From Vulcanimicrobiota bacterium (GTDB lineage: Bacteria; Vulcanimicrobiota; Vulcanimicrobiia; Vulcanimicrobiales; Vulcanimicrobiaceae), in the NCBI GenBank assembly GCA_963833095.1, contig CAWHWQ010000001.1, positions 544,001 through 608,000 on the forward strand: 64,000 nucleotides of DNA. Direction: 5' to 3'. The first letter of the stretch is position 1, and every line of letters begins with the position of its first letter. Below the pieces are notes generated by a model that made no database searches, was not told the origin of the DNA, and saw only the letters and a list, made by a program, of their open reading frames with translations. Shown piece after piece: positions 33,217 to 42,997 of the stretch. The translations under genes and the position numbers were made by a program.

Positions 33217-36200
33217 TCAACGTACTGCTGCGGCGTTGAAGTACGAAGCGCGCGGGTGGTGGATCACAATCGCAGCCGTCGATTGTTCCGGCACGATTTG
33301 GAATGCTTCGGTCAGCTCGATGTTGATGCGCTCTTGCGCGCCCAAAACCGCAAACGCGATTGCATGTTGCGAGACATCCGGACACGCGCCGTAGCCCCAC
33401 GAATAGCGCTTGCCGCGGTCGTGGCCGAGACGCAGCTCGGTGCGAATGCGGCGGTGCGTCCATTCCGCCAGCGCCTCGGCCGACTGCACGGTAAAGCCGT
33501 GCAAGAAATACGACTCGCTGTAATCGCCGCGAGCTTGAAGCGCGTCGATGCGCTCCGTCGCGGCGCGCCCAACGGTAACGACCTGAAGCGCGACGACGTC
33601 GACACCGCGTCCGCCCTGGGGCTCGCGCAAATAATCGGCGAGGCAGAGATGGTCGCCGCCGACTTGGCGCGCGAACGGGAAGCGCGCGATCTCGCGCGAC
33701 GGATCTTCGGGATCGTAGAGAATCACGTCGTCGCCCACCCCTGCGGCCGGATAGTACCCGTACGCGATCTTCGGATAGAGCAATCCGCCTTGTTCGGCTT
33801 CGTGCTGATAGGCGCGTAAGCGCGGATCGAATTCGTCGCGTAGCAAGGCGTCGAAGGCTTCGCCCTTGGTATTGCTTGCGCCCCACGAAAGCCGATAGAG
33901 ACTCTTGAGATCGAAGCACGGCCACAACTCACGTAAATCCACGTCCTCGATAGTCGTGGCTCCCAAAAACGGGGGCAGCGGTATATCCACGTGCTCGCTC
34001 TTGACTGCCGAAATCGTCGCCGCGGGCGCGTGGGTGGTCGCGCCGTCGCGCGCGCGATCGCGTTGCGCGAACGCTTCGGCGCGGATGCGCTCGACGAACA
34101 CGTCGCGCGCACCCGCGTCGCTGGTGAGGCGATCCATGATGTCGAGGCCTTCGAACGCGTCTTTAGCGTAGAAGAGTCCGGGCGTAAAATAGCGCTCGCC
34201 TTCATCGAGCAAGGAGATGCGCCGCCCGAAATCACGATTGATAGCGGCGCCGCCCACGATTACCGGGAAGGCAAGGCCGCGTACATCTTGTTCGTGCACG
34301 CAAATCGGCATTTGCTTGCTGGTGGAAACCAACAGTGCCGAAAGTCCGATCGCGTCGGCTTTGACTTCTACTGCCTTCTCGAGAATCGTATTCATCGGCA
34401 CCTGCTTGCCGAGGTCGTGAACGGTATAGCCGTTGTTGGTCAGAATGGTGTTGACCAGATTCTTGCCGATGTCGTGCACGTCGCCGAAGACCGTCGCAAG
34501 CACAACGGTGCCCTTGGTGGAGCCTTCTTTCTTTTCGAGGAATTGCTCAAGGTGCGCAACGGCCTTCTTCATCACCTCGGCCGACTGCAGCACAAACGGC
34601 AAAATCAATTCGCCCGATCCAAATTTATCGCCGACTTCTTTCATCGCCGGTAGCAAAATCTCGTTGAGCACCGCGACCGGGTTGCGCTCTTTGAGCGCGA
34701 GGTCGATCTTGGCTTCGATGCCGTCCTTGCGGCGGCGCAAAATCGCGTTGTGAATCTGCTGCGCGACGGGGAGCTCGGCCTCGACATTGTCGGCCGCCGG
34801 AGCGTCGCTTTGCGCCGTGCTCGCGGATTCGAAGTGTTCGATGAAGCGGGCGAGCGCGTCCGGACGCCGGTTGAAGACAAGATCGTCGCACATTTCGCGG
34901 ACGTCGGGTTCGATCTCGGTGTAGGGCGTGATCTCCTTGGCGTGGACGAGCGCGGCATCGAGACCGGCCTCGACGCAATGATGCAGAAAGACCGAGTTGA
35001 GGACGGCGCGAGCCGCCGGTTTCAAGCCGAACGAGACATTCGAGACGCCCAGGGACGTAAGCACGCCGGGCAGCTCGCGCTTGATTAGGCGGATGCCCTC
35101 GATCGTTTCAATCGCCGAATCCGAGAACTCAGGGTCTCCCGTCGCGAGCGTGAAGGTGAGATCGTCGAAGATCAGCGCGCCGGGCGGTAGACCGTACTCG
35201 TCAACGACGATGCCGTAGATGCGCTGCGCGACTTCGAGTTTGCGCTGCGCGGTCTTCGCCATGCCGACTTCGTCGATCGTCAGCGCCACTACCGCCGCGC
35301 CGTGCTCTTTGGCCAGCGGCAGCACGACGTCCATCTTGGCCCGTCCGGCCTCCAGGTGCACCGAATTCAAAATCGCGCGCCCCGGATAGTTCTCCAACGC
35401 AACCTGCATGACTCGGGGTTCGGTCGAGTCGATCATCACCGGCGCTTCGACCGATTGCGCAAGGCGGCGCACGAGTTCGCGCATCTGCGCGTCTTCGTCG
35501 GTGCGCTCGGTCAACGCGCAGCACACGTCGAGCACATGCGCGCCGCCTTCCACCTGCTCGCGCGCGACGAGCATGATCTCGTCGTAGTTGTCCTCAAGCA
35601 GCAACCGCTTGATCTTGCGGGATCCTTGGCTGTTGATGCGCTCACCGACCAACAACGGCCGCGGCTCTTGCTGGAGGGGAACCGCGGTCATGGCACTCGC
35701 AACGTCCTGCGGCACGGGATCGCTTCGCTCGCTTTGTTTGTTTATGCTCGCTGCGCGAACCCGTGCCGCGGCCGCTGCTTTTGCATCGACCGCATTTCTC
35801 AGTGCCGTAATATGTTCAGGCGTGGATCCGCAACAGCCGCCGACGATGTTGACGCCAAATTCTTTGACGAAATCGCTGAGTTCTTTTGCAAGTTCGTCGG
35901 GGGTTTCGGGGTAGATCGTTTCGCCCTTGGGTCCCATCAGCGGCAAGCCCGCGTTGGGAATGACGCTCACGAAGCAGCGCGAGTTCTCCGCGAGGTAGCG
36001 CACCGCGTCGCGCATTTGCGACGGGCCGGTCGAGCAGTTGAGCCCGATGACATCGATGGGCAGCGCATCGAGCGTCGCAGTGATGGCGCGGATATCGGTG
36101 CCCAGCAACATCCGGCCCTCGGTAATCAGCGTGGGTTGCGCTTGAATCGGGACGCGGCGCAGGCCGCGATCGAATTCGCGCACGATTCCGGCGATCGCGG

Positions 36201-36720
36201 CCTTGAGTTCGAGCAGATCCTGCATCGTCTCGAGCAAGAGCAGATCGACGCCGCCTTCAACCAACGCGCGCGCTTGCTCGCCGTAGATATCGGCGAGTTG
36301 TTCGAACGTGATCTTCGAGAGCGTCGGGTCCGATGAGGAGATCAGCATGCCCGTGGGGCCCATCGAACCCGCGACGAACCGCGGCCAATCGGGCGTCGCG
36401 ATCGCATCGCACGCCTCGCGCGCGAGCTGGGCAGCGCGAAGGTTGATCTCGAGGGTCTTTTCGCCTAGCCCGAATTCGTCGAGCTTTAGCCGCGATGCGG
36501 TAAATGAGTCGGTCTCGACCACGTCCGCGCCGGCCTGCAAAAACGCGGTGTGAATCGCGCGAATCGCGTCGGGACGCGTCAAGACCAGCGCCTCGTAGCA
36601 CCCCAAATACCGGTCCCCGCCGAAATCGGCGGCGGATAATTCGAGCGCCATGAGCTGCGTGCCCATGGCGCCGTCGTAAATCAATACCCGCTCTTGCAGC
36701 AGGCGCAAATAGTCACGCAA
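33217..36720 (-). CDS. metH: Cobalamin-dependent methionine synthase
   Basis: DGAMGT; GLNCSTGP; GGCCG; GDVHDIGKN B12 motif; RYSWGYGACP; PEQST. Confidence 0.97.
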   Translation of the reverse strand: MRDYLRLLQERVLIYDGAMGTQLMALELSAADFGGDRYLGCYEALVLTRPDAIRAIHTAFLQAGADVVETDSFTASRLKLDEFGLGEKTLEINLRAAQLAREACDAIATPDWPRFVAGSMGPTGMLISSSDPTLSKITFEQLADIYGEQARALVEGGVDLLLLETMQDLLELKAAIAGIVREFDRGLRRVPIQAQPTLITEGRMLLGTDIRAITATLDALPIDVIGLNCSTGPSQMRDAVRYLAENSRCFVSVIPNAGLPLMGPKGETIYPETPDELAKELSDFVKEFGVNIVGGCCGSTPEHITALRNAVDAKAAAAARVRAASINKQSERSDPVPQDVASAMTAVPLQQEPRPLLVGERINSQGSRKIKRLLLEDNYDEIMLVAREQVEGGAHVLDVCCALTERTDEDAQMRELVRRLAQSVEAPVMIDSTEPRVMQVALENYPGRAILNSVHLEAGRAKMDVVLPLAKEHGAAVVALTIDEVGMAKTAQRKLEVAQRIYGIVVDEYGLPPGALIFDDLTFTLATGDPEFSDSAIETIEGIRLIKRELPGVLTSLGVSNVSFGLKPAARAVLNSVFLHHCVEAGLDAALVHAKEITPYTEIEPDVREMCDDLVFNRRPDALARFIEHFESASTAQSDAPAADNVEAELPVAQQIHNAILRRRKDGIEAKIDLALKERNPVAVLNEILLPAMKEVGDKFGSGELILPFVLQSAEVMKKAVAHLEQFLEKKEGSTKGTVVLATVFGDVHDIGKNLVNTILTNNGYTVHDLGKQVPMNTILEKAVEVKADAIGLSALLVSTSKQMPICVHEQDVRGLAFPVIVGGAAINRDFGRRISLLDEGERYFTPGLFYAKDAFEGLDIMDRLTSDAGARDVFVERIRAEAFAQRDRARDGATTHAPAATISAVKSEHVDIPLPPFLGATTIEDVDLRELWPCFDLKSLYRLSWGASNTKGEAFDALLRDEFDPRLRAYQHEAEQGGLLYPKIAYGYYPAAGVGDDVILYDPEDPSREIARFPFARQVGGDHLCLADYLREPQGGRGVDVVALQVVTVGRAATERIDALQARGDYSESYFLHGFTVQSAEALAEWTHRRIRTELRLGHDRGKRYSWGYGACPDVSQHAIAFAVLGAQERINIELTEAFQIVPEQSTAAIVIHHPRASYFNAAAVR

Positions 36721-36727
36721 TGAGAGT

Positions 36728-37696
36728 TTATATACTCGCTTGTTCGACGGCGAAGTCTGCGACGGCCCGGATCGCTCCAACGGCACGCCCCGCCCGATTA
36801 TACACGATTGGCGCGGCAAAGCCCGCCAAATCGGTCGCATCCGCCACCGGGCTGCCGAGGGCTCGCAGCGCCGTCATGGTCGTCGGGCCCCGGCCGCGCG
36901 AACTTCCGTCGAGCACCTTACTGGCAAGGCCGATGGCCTGCGGAATCAACGCGAGGCCATGCACGCCCTCGGCTCCCGACTTACAGACGATCGCCCCACC
37001 TCCGGCTGTCATCACACGCGTGTCGAATTCGAGCGTCCCCGAGACGTATTCAGGATGCGAGACCATCGCGTCGCGTACCACCAGCAGCGCCATCGCATCA
37101 CGGGGCTCGAGGTGCGTAAGTGACGCAAACCGCGCAAACGCCGTCGCCGCCTTTTGCAAGGACGTGGCATAGACCGGAATTCCACATCCGTCGACGCCAA
37201 GCGGCCAGGTCGCTGGGTCGTCGTCCGAAAGGCGCGCGCAAAAAGCTAGAATGTCTTGCTGCGCGGCGTTGTTCACGTCCATGTACGTGGCAATGTCGCT
37301 TCCGAGCACGCGGCAAAGCGCGAGGATGCCGGCATGCTTCCCGGAGCAGTTGTTGTACAAGGGGCTCGGCCCGCGCCCTTCCTGCGAGCCGCATTGCAGC
37401 GCCGATTCATCGAGTCCGATCTTCTCCAAGATCGAACGCACGGCGTCGACGTGAAACGGCTCGCCTACGTGTGACGCACTCATGACGGCAATTTCGCGCA
37501 TGTCGAGATCGAAAGCGTCACGCACTCCCGCTTCGATCGCGGCGCCCGCGATGAACGGCTTGGCCGTCGAACGCAGAAAGACCGGCGATTCGATATCGCC
37601 GGTCCGCAGAATCACGTCGCCTCGCGGAGTTGCCGCACAGGCGGCGACATGATGCACCGATTCGACGAGATCGCCGCGCGTAACCTCGACGATCAT
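36728..37696 (-). CDS. L-asparaginase II family protein
   Basis: RSTAKPF; ASH; NNCSGKH; DGCG; KSGAEG. Confidence 0.88.
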   Translation of the reverse strand: MIVEVTRGDLVESVHHVAACAATPRGDVILRTGDIESPVFLRSTAKPFIAGAAIEAGVRDAFDLDMREIAVMSASHVGEPFHVDAVRSILEKIGLDESALQCGSQEGRGPSPLYNNCSGKHAGILALCRVLGSDIATYMDVNNAAQQDILAFCARLSDDDPATWPLGVDGCGIPVYATSLQKAATAFARFASLTHLEPRDAMALLVVRDAMVSHPEYVSGTLEFDTRVMTAGGGAIVCKSGAEGVHGLALIPQAIGLASKVLDGSSRGRGPTTMTALRALGSPVADATDLAGFAAPIVYNRAGRAVGAIRAVADFAVEQASI

Positions 37697-38666
37697 CCAG
37701 GATAGACGAGCGCGGGTTCGACGACGACCGCTTCCTGGTCCGCGAAGACCGGATTGCTCAAGTAGCGCTCGCCGGTGTCGCAGCCGATCGTGACGATCGT
37801 TTTGCCCTTGAACTCCGGGCGCGCCGCAAGTTGCAACGCCGCCCAAACATTCGCGCCGGCCGAGATGCCGACCAGCATGCCTTCTTCGCGCGCGAGGCGC
37901 CGCGCCATTGCGATCGCGTCGGCGTCGGTTACGCGAATCACTTCGTCATACACGCTTCGTGTCGAGAACCTTGGGAATGAAACCGGCGCCGGTGCCTTGG
38001 ATCTTGTGCGGTCCCGGCGTACCGCCCGACAGCACCGGCGACGCATCCGGTTCGCCGGCAATGATCTGGAGCTCGGCTTTGCGCTCCTTGAGCACTTCGC
38101 CGACGCCGGTAATCGTGCCGCCGGTGCCGACCACCGCGACGAACACGTCGACTGTGCCGTCGGTGTCGCGCCAAATCTCTTCCGCCGTCGTGCGGCGGTG
38201 AATTTCCGGATTGGCCGGATTCTCGAATTGCTGCGGCATGAAATATTTGTTCGGGCGACTCGCCATAGATCTCGGCTTGCCGCGCGATCGCGCCCTTCAT
38301 GCCGTCGGCGCCCGGCGTCAGGACGACTTGCGCGCCGTACGCTTTGAGCAGATTGCGACGCTCGATCGTCATCGTGTCGGGCATCACGAGAATGCATGGG
38401 TAGCCCTTCGCCGCGGCGACGAACGCAAGCGCGATGCCGGTGTTGCCGCTCGTCGGCTCGAGGATCGTCATCCCCGGAAGCAAGCGGCCGTCGCGCTCGG
38501 CTGCCTCGATCATCGCGACGCCGATGCGGTCTTTCACGGAGCCGGCCGGATTGAACGACTCCATCTTCACGAGCACGGTCCCGCCCAAGCCCTTGTTCAG
38601 CCGCGGGATCTTGACCAGCGGCGTGTTGCCGAACGTGTCGGCCAGATTTTCATAGATTCGTGCCAT
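37693..38666 (-). CDS. cysK: Cysteine synthase A (frameshifted)
   Basis: [52 protein letters not shown]. Confidence 0.95.
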
Positions 38667-38728
38667 AGTTCCTCTTCTAACACCGTCTGCGCGCCCTTGT
38701 GTTGCGCGCGAGGTGAATCCCGCCGCCT

Positions 38729-38742
38729 CGAACGAATGTTCG
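38729..38742. promoter_or_regulatory. LexA/SOS box (Gram-positive Cheo type)
   Basis: CGAAC-GAAT-GTTCG, 4 nt upstream of the nuclease start. Confidence 0.75.
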
Positions 38743-38746
38743 TAAT

Positions 38747-39769
38747 GTGTTCTCCCTTTCCCAGAAGAATCTCTACGTTGAAGCGCTCGACCTTTGGGTC
38801 GACAGCATGCGCTGGCAAGAGCGCTCCTATGTCTCCCACGGGCACAGCGATCACGCGCGCGAACATCGCGTCGTTGTAGCGACCCCGAACACCGCGCGCA
38901 TCTGCCGCGCCCGTTTCGCGCGGCGCGAAGAACGCGCGCAGATCTCACTGCTCGCGCCGAAAACCTCGCCGCGTCCTCAACCCGTGTTCGAAGAGCATGC
39001 GTTCAACGAGCCGTGGGAAGAGCGCGATCATCGCCTGACGCTCTTCTCCGCGGGACACGTACTCGGCAGCGCGCAGCTCATGATCGAAGGCGCAAGCGGA
39101 AGCTTCGTCTATACCGGCGACTTCAAGCTACGCGAGTCGCTGACCGTCGAGCCGCCCGAGGTCAAACACTGCGACGTCGTACTGATGGAGTGCACCTACG
39201 GCCGGCCACAGTACGTTTTTCCGCCGAGCGATGAGGTCGCAGGGCAAATGATCGCTTTCGCGCGCGAGGCTTTGGAAGGCGACGCCGTTCCGGTGTTCTT
39301 CGCCTATTCGTTGGGCAAAGCGCAAGAGGCGATGGCGATCCTCGGCGGAGCAGGTCTGCCGCTCACGGTGCACGGGGCGGTCGATAATCTGGCACAGGTG
39401 TACCTGGAGTGCGGTATGGCGCTGCCGCCCTATGCCCGCTACCACGCCGACAGTTTTGATACGCGCAGCGTGCTGATTTGGCCGCCGGGCGGAAAAGCGT
39501 TGCCCAAGGCGCTCCGCACCAAGCCGGTACGCACCGCCGTCCTCACCGGGTGGTCCTTGGATCGTGGCGCCCTGTTTCGTTATGGAACGGAGCGCGGGTT
39601 CGCGCTCTCGGATCACGCCGATTACCCCGCGCTGCTGCAGTACATTGAACGCGCGCAGCCGCGCAAGGTCCTCTTGAATCACGGCCGGCGCGATTTCGTT
39701 TATCGCCTGCGTGCCCTCGGTGTCGATGCCGAGTACCTGGAGAGCCACGCGCAACTATCGCTGTTCTAG
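38747..39769 (+). CDS. MBL/beta-CASP nuclease (ligase-associated DNA damage exonuclease-like)
   Basis: [39 protein letters not shown]. Confidence 0.88.
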   Translation: MFSLSQKNLYVEALDLWVDSMRWQERSYVSHGHSDHAREHRVVVATPNTARICRARFARREERAQISLLAPKTSPRPQPVFEEHAFNEPWEERDHRLTLFSAGHVLGSAQLMIEGASGSFVYTGDFKLRESLTVEPPEVKHCDVVLMECTYGRPQYVFPPSDEVAGQMIAFAREALEGDAVPVFFAYSLGKAQEAMAILGGAGLPLTVHGAVDNLAQVYLECGMALPPYARYHADSFDTRSVLIWPPGGKALPKALRTKPVRTAVLTGWSLDRGALFRYGTERGFALSDHADYPALLQYIERAQPRKVLLNHGRRDFVYRLRALGVDAEYLESHAQLSLF

Positions 39770-39839
39770 GCAAAGGCAGGCTCACGCCAAAATCTTGGCG
39801 CCCAGCGGATAATTTTGTCGCGCGGCGTACTGGCCCAGG

Positions 39840-41588
39840 ATGAAACCATCGCGCCTTCTAGGTCTGATCTTAACCGCCGTTTTGGCGTTCAACGGTCCCG
39901 CCTTCGCACAAACGACGTCACCGTCGGGTGCACCGACGATGGACGATGCAATCGCCGCGATTCGGGCCTACGCCCCCACAGCGCTCGAACAACAAGGCAC
40001 GCCGGGTCTGTCGGTCGCGATCACCGATCGTACACACACGATCGCGATCATTACCCAAGGCATGGCCGACGTCGCGAGCAAGACGCCGGTGAACGCCGAC
40101 ACCCGCTTCCCCATCGGCTCGATCTCGAAGTCGATGACCGCGCTCGCGCTGCTCCAGCTACGCGACAAGGGTCTTGTCAATCTGAACGCGCGCGTGCAGC
40201 AGTACTTGCCGTCGTGGTCGATCCACTCGACCGGCGGACCGGTGCTCGTGCACCAGCTCCTCTCGCACACAAGCGGAACACCCGACGATTATACGTTCCA
40301 GCAATACGGCTTTGCGATCGCCGCGTTGCGCGACGCGCACACCCTCTTTCCGCCGGGAACGGCGTGGTCGTATTCGAACGACGGCTTTGGTACAATCGGC
40401 GCGATCGTCGCTAACGTCTCGCATAACAGTTGGCAGAGCAACATCGAAAATCACGTCTTTGCGCCGCTTGGCATGGAGAATAGCTTACCGGTCTTCAACG
40501 ATCGCACGCTCTCGCCCCCGACCGCGACAGGTTATCAATTCCGCGACGCCGACTACGTGGCCGCGCCGCCGCACCCAGCGCTCATACCGTCACCGTTCGT
40601 CGACTTCGTCGATCCCGCCGGCTCGGTGATCTCGACGCCTGGGGATATGGCGGCGTACATTCGCTTTTATTTGAACGGCGGGAAAGCCGCGAACGGTAGC
40701 CAGCTGCTCGCGCCGGCAACGTTTGCAGCAATGACCAGTGCGGACCACTTCAACAACGGCGCACCAGACGCGGCCAAGCATGTCGAGTTGGCCGAGTGGC
40801 CCGCATTTTACCACGAGTATGGGTATGGGCTTTCGGTATTCGACACCAACGGCGACCGTCTCGTCGGACATACCGGAGGCGTCTCCGGCTACACGGCCTG
40901 CTTTCAGGCCAATCTCAGCCGCGGTTTCGGTGTGATCGCGCTCTCGAATCTGGTCGAAGCGCCGCTGCACCCTTGCGCAATCGTAAAGTACGCAATGGAG
41001 GTGTTGCGCGCGCAGAGTCTGGGACAAGCGTTGCCGCCGCCACCCGCCGGACCGCCGATTGCGCCGCCGAAAATCGCCGCAAACGATTACGTTGGGACGT
41101 ATCGCAGCGCCGACGGCGCGGGCGTCGTCGTGGCCGACGATAACGGCGCGCTTGCGCTACACGATGGCGCAAAGAGCTATCAACTCGTGGCTGCGGATCG
41201 GGACATCTTCTGGACCGATGATCCTCGCTTTACGATTTTCTACGTCGCATTCGAACGCAATAAGGCCAAGGCCGTCGACGGCTTCACCAACGGGAGTTCG
41301 TATTTCGTCAATGGCGAGCACAGGGGGCCTACGGCGTTTGCGTATCCCGCCGCGTGGGATCGCCTGGTCGGCCGCTACGAAAACTCCATCTTCGGTTCGC
41401 CCGTCGTAATGCGTGTCGTCATCGTGAAGGGCAAACTCACGACCGACGGGTTGAATCCGCTCAGAGCCAACGCCAACGGCACGTTTGCGCTGGGCGATTC
41501 GACGGTGCGTTTTGACACGCTCTTTGAGGGCAAGATGCAACGCCTTTGGCTCGACGGCGCCGACCTCTACCGCATCGAATTGCCCTAG
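39840..41588 (+). CDS. Secreted serine hydrolase, class C beta-lactamase-like
   Basis: Signal peptide; SISK, YSN and HTG motifs. Confidence 0.88.
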   Translation: MKPSRLLGLILTAVLAFNGPAFAQTTSPSGAPTMDDAIAAIRAYAPTALEQQGTPGLSVAITDRTHTIAIITQGMADVASKTPVNADTRFPIGSISKSMTALALLQLRDKGLVNLNARVQQYLPSWSIHSTGGPVLVHQLLSHTSGTPDDYTFQQYGFAIAALRDAHTLFPPGTAWSYSNDGFGTIGAIVANVSHNSWQSNIENHVFAPLGMENSLPVFNDRTLSPPTATGYQFRDADYVAAPPHPALIPSPFVDFVDPAGSVISTPGDMAAYIRFYLNGGKAANGSQLLAPATFAAMTSADHFNNGAPDAAKHVELAEWPAFYHEYGYGLSVFDTNGDRLVGHTGGVSGYTACFQANLSRGFGVIALSNLVEAPLHPCAIVKYAMEVLRAQSLGQALPPPPAGPPIAPPKIAANDYVGTYRSADGAGVVVADDNGALALHDGAKSYQLVAADRDIFWTDDPRFTIFYVAFERNKAKAVDGFTNGSSYFVNGEHRGPTAFAYPAAWDRLVGRYENSIFGSPVVMRVVIVKGKLTTDGLNPLRANANGTFALGDSTVRFDTLFEGKMQRLWLDGADLYRIELP

Positions 41589-41611
41589 GGGCGCAAGAAA
41601 AAGCCGCGCGG

Positions 41612-41890
41612 CTAATCCACTCCGATATCCCAGAGTAGGCCAAGATCTTTCTTGGCGAAGGTTTTGAACGCAATCAGCGTTTCGGTGTTTTCGATTCCCT
41701 CGAGCGCAGCAACGTGCTCGGTAACCAAATCGTTGAGTTCGTCGTGCTCGCGAACCCGCGCAATAGCAATGATGTCAAAGGGACCCGCGACCGAGTAGAC
41801 CTCGGCAATGCCGTCGATCGCCAGGAGGTCGTCGGAGATCGATCGCAAGCGCGTGCGAGATACATTCATCAGGATGAAGGCCGTAACCAT
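41612..41890 (-). CDS. Stand-alone Lrp/AsnC ligand-binding domain protein
   Basis: VTAFILM; EVYSVAGPFDI; TETLIAF; no HTH. Confidence 0.85.
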   Translation of the reverse strand: MVTAFILMNVSRTRLRSISDDLLAIDGIAEVYSVAGPFDIIAIARVREHDELNDLVTEHVAALEGIENTETLIAFKTFAKKDLGLLWDIGVD

Positions 41891-41923
41891 GAGAAGCGGC
41901 TTCGAAACGACGTTACGGTTCGC

Positions 41924-42928
41924 CTATCCAGATGGCGACGGAGTCGTACTGGGGGCCGGCGAGGAGGTCGCTGTCGGATTCGGAATGGCGCTTTGCTCGT
42001 CGTTGACTTCGGTGACCGGCGTGACGTCGAGGATCAGCTTGAAATCGGTGCGTGTACGCGCTTTGGCAAACGCCTCGAGCGCGCGCACTTGGCCCGGCGT
42101 GATCGTTTCCTGCGAACGCACGAGCAGATGGGCCTCGGCCGGCTTGGTGACCCAGTCGAAGGTCGCGCCGAGCAAGTCGGCGCGATGAAACGTCACCGTG
42201 CCGTTGACCAGCGCAGAACGTAATTCGGCCTCCAGACGGGCTTGTCGCAGCAATTGCGCCGTACTAAAGGCGAGCGGAACCACCATAACGGCGACTGCGA
42301 ATGCGGTCCAAATCAGTCCGCTACGCGCGCGCAACAAATGCGCGTATCCCGAGACGACGAAAACGATCATCGAGGCAAGCATGATGCCGAACAGGTTCGT
42401 CAGGAACAGCAGCAGCGAACCGAGCGCAAGCGTTCCATTGAGATGCGCGATGCCGATGCCGACGACACAGAGCGGCGGCATCAACGCGACGGCGATCGCC
42501 GTCCCCGCGACTGCCCCGACGACGCTGGGGCGAATGCGCGCGAATCCGGCCACCGCTCCCGCCGCCAGCGCCACGCCTAAATCGAGCAGACCCGGCTGCG
42601 AACGCGAGGTGATCTCGCTGCCAAGCGTCGGAAGCGCGAAAAGGCGCGTGACGATGATCGCAAAAACGATCGCGATCGCGCTCCCCAGAGCGAGCGTCAA
42701 GGCGGCGCGCCGCAATCCCCGCGGATCGCCTTCGAGCGCTGCGAATGCTAGCGCGCCGATTGGCCGGGTAAGCGGCGCAACAATCATCGCGCCGATGATG
42801 ACCGCGACGCTGTTCTCCAAGAGTCCGAAGGTAGCAATCGCGGCTGATGCAAGCGAAAGCACGCCAAAATCGAGGGTAAAACGCCCGTCAGCGAGGGCGC
42901 CCTCGCGCAGATTCGCCGGCTGGATCAT
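41924..42928 (-). CDS. DUF389 membrane protein
   Basis: AVIIGAMIVAPL; EITSR; AGTAIAVALMPPL; LLFLTN. Confidence 0.85.
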   Translation of the reverse strand: MIQPANLREGALADGRFTLDFGVLSLASAAIATFGLLENSVAVIIGAMIVAPLTRPIGALAFAALEGDPRGLRRAALTLALGSAIAIVFAIIVTRLFALPTLGSEITSRSQPGLLDLGVALAAGAVAGFARIRPSVVGAVAGTAIAVALMPPLCVVGIGIAHLNGTLALGSLLLFLTNLFGIMLASMIVFVVSGYAHLLRARSGLIWTAFAVAVMVVPLAFSTAQLLRQARLEAELRSALVNGTVTFHRADLLGATFDWVTKPAEAHLLVRSQETITPGQVRALEAFAKARTRTDFKLILDVTPVTEVNDEQSAIPNPTATSSPAPSTTPSPSG

Positions 42929-42997
42929 GAAACGGGCGGTTCGCCGATGGCGCGGAGCGACCCGTTCCGGCGCCGGGCGTAGGATATCATTGGGTGG

